The notes under the pieces: generated by a model
Databases searched by the model: none
Seen by the model: only the letters and a program-made list of their open reading frames with translations
What the model was told of the DNA's origin: nothing
Shown: piece after piece, positions 62,546 to 64,000 of the stretch
Layout of the letters: each line of letters starts with the position of its first letter
Numbering within the stretch: position 1 is the stretch's first letter
Made by a program: the position numbers and the translations under genes
Assembly (NCBI GenBank): GCA_049967475.1
Contig: JBMFSQ010000005.1
Coordinates: 89,246 to 153,245 of the forward strand
Reading direction: 5' to 3'
From: Chthonomonadales bacterium
GTDB taxonomy: Bacteria > Armatimonadota > Chthonomonadetes > Chthonomonadales > CAJBBX01
DNA: 64,000 bases

Positions 62546-63943
62546 CTACCCTTCTTCCCGTTCGTAGCCGACGAAGTCCCCGGCCGGCAGCTTTTCATCG
62601 GCGGCTGGGACAGGCGCTTCTTCAGCCAGGTTCTTTTCCGTAGGCACGGCCGTTTCCATCCTGCCTATGCGCCTCAGCGGTATCGGTTGGATCGGCAACG
62701 GATCGGGCAGGCCGGTCTCTTCCACGCGCCGCCGCACGTGTTCCTCCATTCGCCTCCGAAGCTCGTCCACAACCTCGGGATGATCCTGCGCCACGTTCGT
62801 TTTTTCTCCGGCGTCCCTGGCGATGTGGTAGAGCTCCACCATCGGAAAGCCATGCAGGTCCGGTTCCAGAGCCACGATGAGCTTCCACTCCTGGGTGCGG
62901 ATGGCGCGCTTCTTCATCCATGTGTTTTCCGTCAAATGGAGTTCCGTGCAGCCATCAGCATCCGGGTGTCCCTCGATCGCGGGGCGAAGCGAACGCCCTT
63001 CGAAGGTGCGGCGGTCATCCAAAAGGCCGGCGTAATCCAAGATCGTAGGGGTTAGATCCATCATTTGGGCCATGGAACGGATGCGCGCACCGGCGGGGAT
63101 GACCCCGGGCCATCGCAGGATGAGGGGGATATGCACGTTGGGTTCGTAGAGGCCATGGTGGTCGAACCAGCACCCATGCTCGTCCAGCTCTTCTCCATGG
63201 TCCGAGGTGTAGGCGACGAGAGTGTCCTCCGCCAACCCGAGTTCATCCAGCCGCGTAAAGATGTGCGCGAGACAGGCATCGGCGTAGGCGACCTCGGCAT
63301 CGTATTGAGCCTTCGGGAACTCGATATCCGTTACTCCGGGCATCCACTCGTTGAAGTACCATTTGAAGTTCTCGAACGCCCATACGGCATCCATGGAGTG
63401 GTTCGCCGGGTCCCGCTCGTCGCCCTCGTAGAACATCCGCGAGAAGGGCGCCGGAGGGAGATACGGAGTATGAGGATCCCAGTAGTGAAGGAAGACGAAG
63501 AAGGGCCGGTCCTGCTTTGCGGCTGCATTCAGCACGCGGAGAGCCGCCTGGTTCACGGCCTCGCCTTTGCGCCATTCGTTGGTAGAGCTCGTGTCCCAAG
63601 CGTATCCTTCGTAAAGTTGGAACCCTCGGGCGAACCATCTCCCTAGGTTGTCTGCAGCCGCGGTGAAGTACCCGTGGCCAGCCAGGATCTCGGCTAGGAG
63701 GGGGATGTTAGGGCTCAGTTCAGGCGTGCCGGATTGCCCGGTGATCTGATGAGCGTATACGTCGCGGCCAGTCATCATGCAGGTGTGGCCGGGAAACGTA
63801 GGGATGTGCGGGCTGTAGAAGTTCTCGAACAGAACCCCTTGCGATGCTAGGCGATCCGCATGCGGGCTCGTGGCACGAAAGTGCCCGTAACATGACAAGC
63901 GGTCCGCCCTGAGCGTGTCCATACTGATGAGTAGGATATTCAT
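62546..63943 (-). CDS. Sulfatase-like hydrolase (alkaline phosphatase superfamily)
   Basis: DTLRAD, TFPGH, WDPHTPY, SDHGE, HIPLI, ELY. Confidence 0.9.
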   Translation of the reverse strand: MNILLISMDTLRADRLSCYGHFRATSPHADRLASQGVLFENFYSPHIPTFPGHTCMMTGRDVYAHQITGQSGTPELSPNIPLLAEILAGHGYFTAAADNLGRWFARGFQLYEGYAWDTSSTNEWRKGEAVNQAALRVLNAAAKQDRPFFVFLHYWDPHTPYLPPAPFSRMFYEGDERDPANHSMDAVWAFENFKWYFNEWMPGVTDIEFPKAQYDAEVAYADACLAHIFTRLDELGLAEDTLVAYTSDHGEELDEHGCWFDHHGLYEPNVHIPLILRWPGVIPAGARIRSMAQMMDLTPTILDYAGLLDDRRTFEGRSLRPAIEGHPDADGCTELHLTENTWMKKRAIRTQEWKLIVALEPDLHGFPMVELYHIARDAGEKTNVAQDHPEVVDELRRRMEEHVRRRVEETGLPDPLPIQPIPLRRIGRMETAVPTEKNLAEEAPVPAADEKLPAGDFVGYEREEG

Positions 63944-64000
63944 GGTTTGGCGCGCACGGAAGTTCGGCGCAAATTCCTTTCTATAGAGCGTTCATAGGCC

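Overview
GC-rich bacterial chromosomal window of mostly housekeeping and metabolic genes. No prophage, IS element, CRISPR array or rRNA is visible. The lineage is probably Armatimonadota-like; this is an inference from the DUF1559/prepilin-type protein, Firmicutes-like core proteins and an outer-membrane beta-barrel. The window holds about 58 CDS, including degP/htrA, a family-B DNA polymerase, rph, rpmH-rnpA-yidD-yidC-jag, dnaG-rpoD-folB, nadA, moeA, gyrB, glpK, hsp20-lon, an orphan atpG and a fused Ni/Co ECF transporter, plus four tRNAs. The most interesting signals are ones the ORF track misses: (1) an exported thioredoxin with an in-frame UGA at the catalytic Cys (WUGGC), a likely selenoprotein with a SECIS-like hairpin; (2) an NAD+-I (nadA motif)-like aptamer in the nadA leader; (3) a candidate ~80-nt sRNA with an anti-Shine-Dalgarno seed behind an ECF-type promoter; (4) a TetR-to-ECF sigma cascade with a repeated operator and a recurring AAC-N17-CGT promoter motif; (5) a three-gene ParA operon without ParB. 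All calls come from reading motifs by eye; no searches were run.
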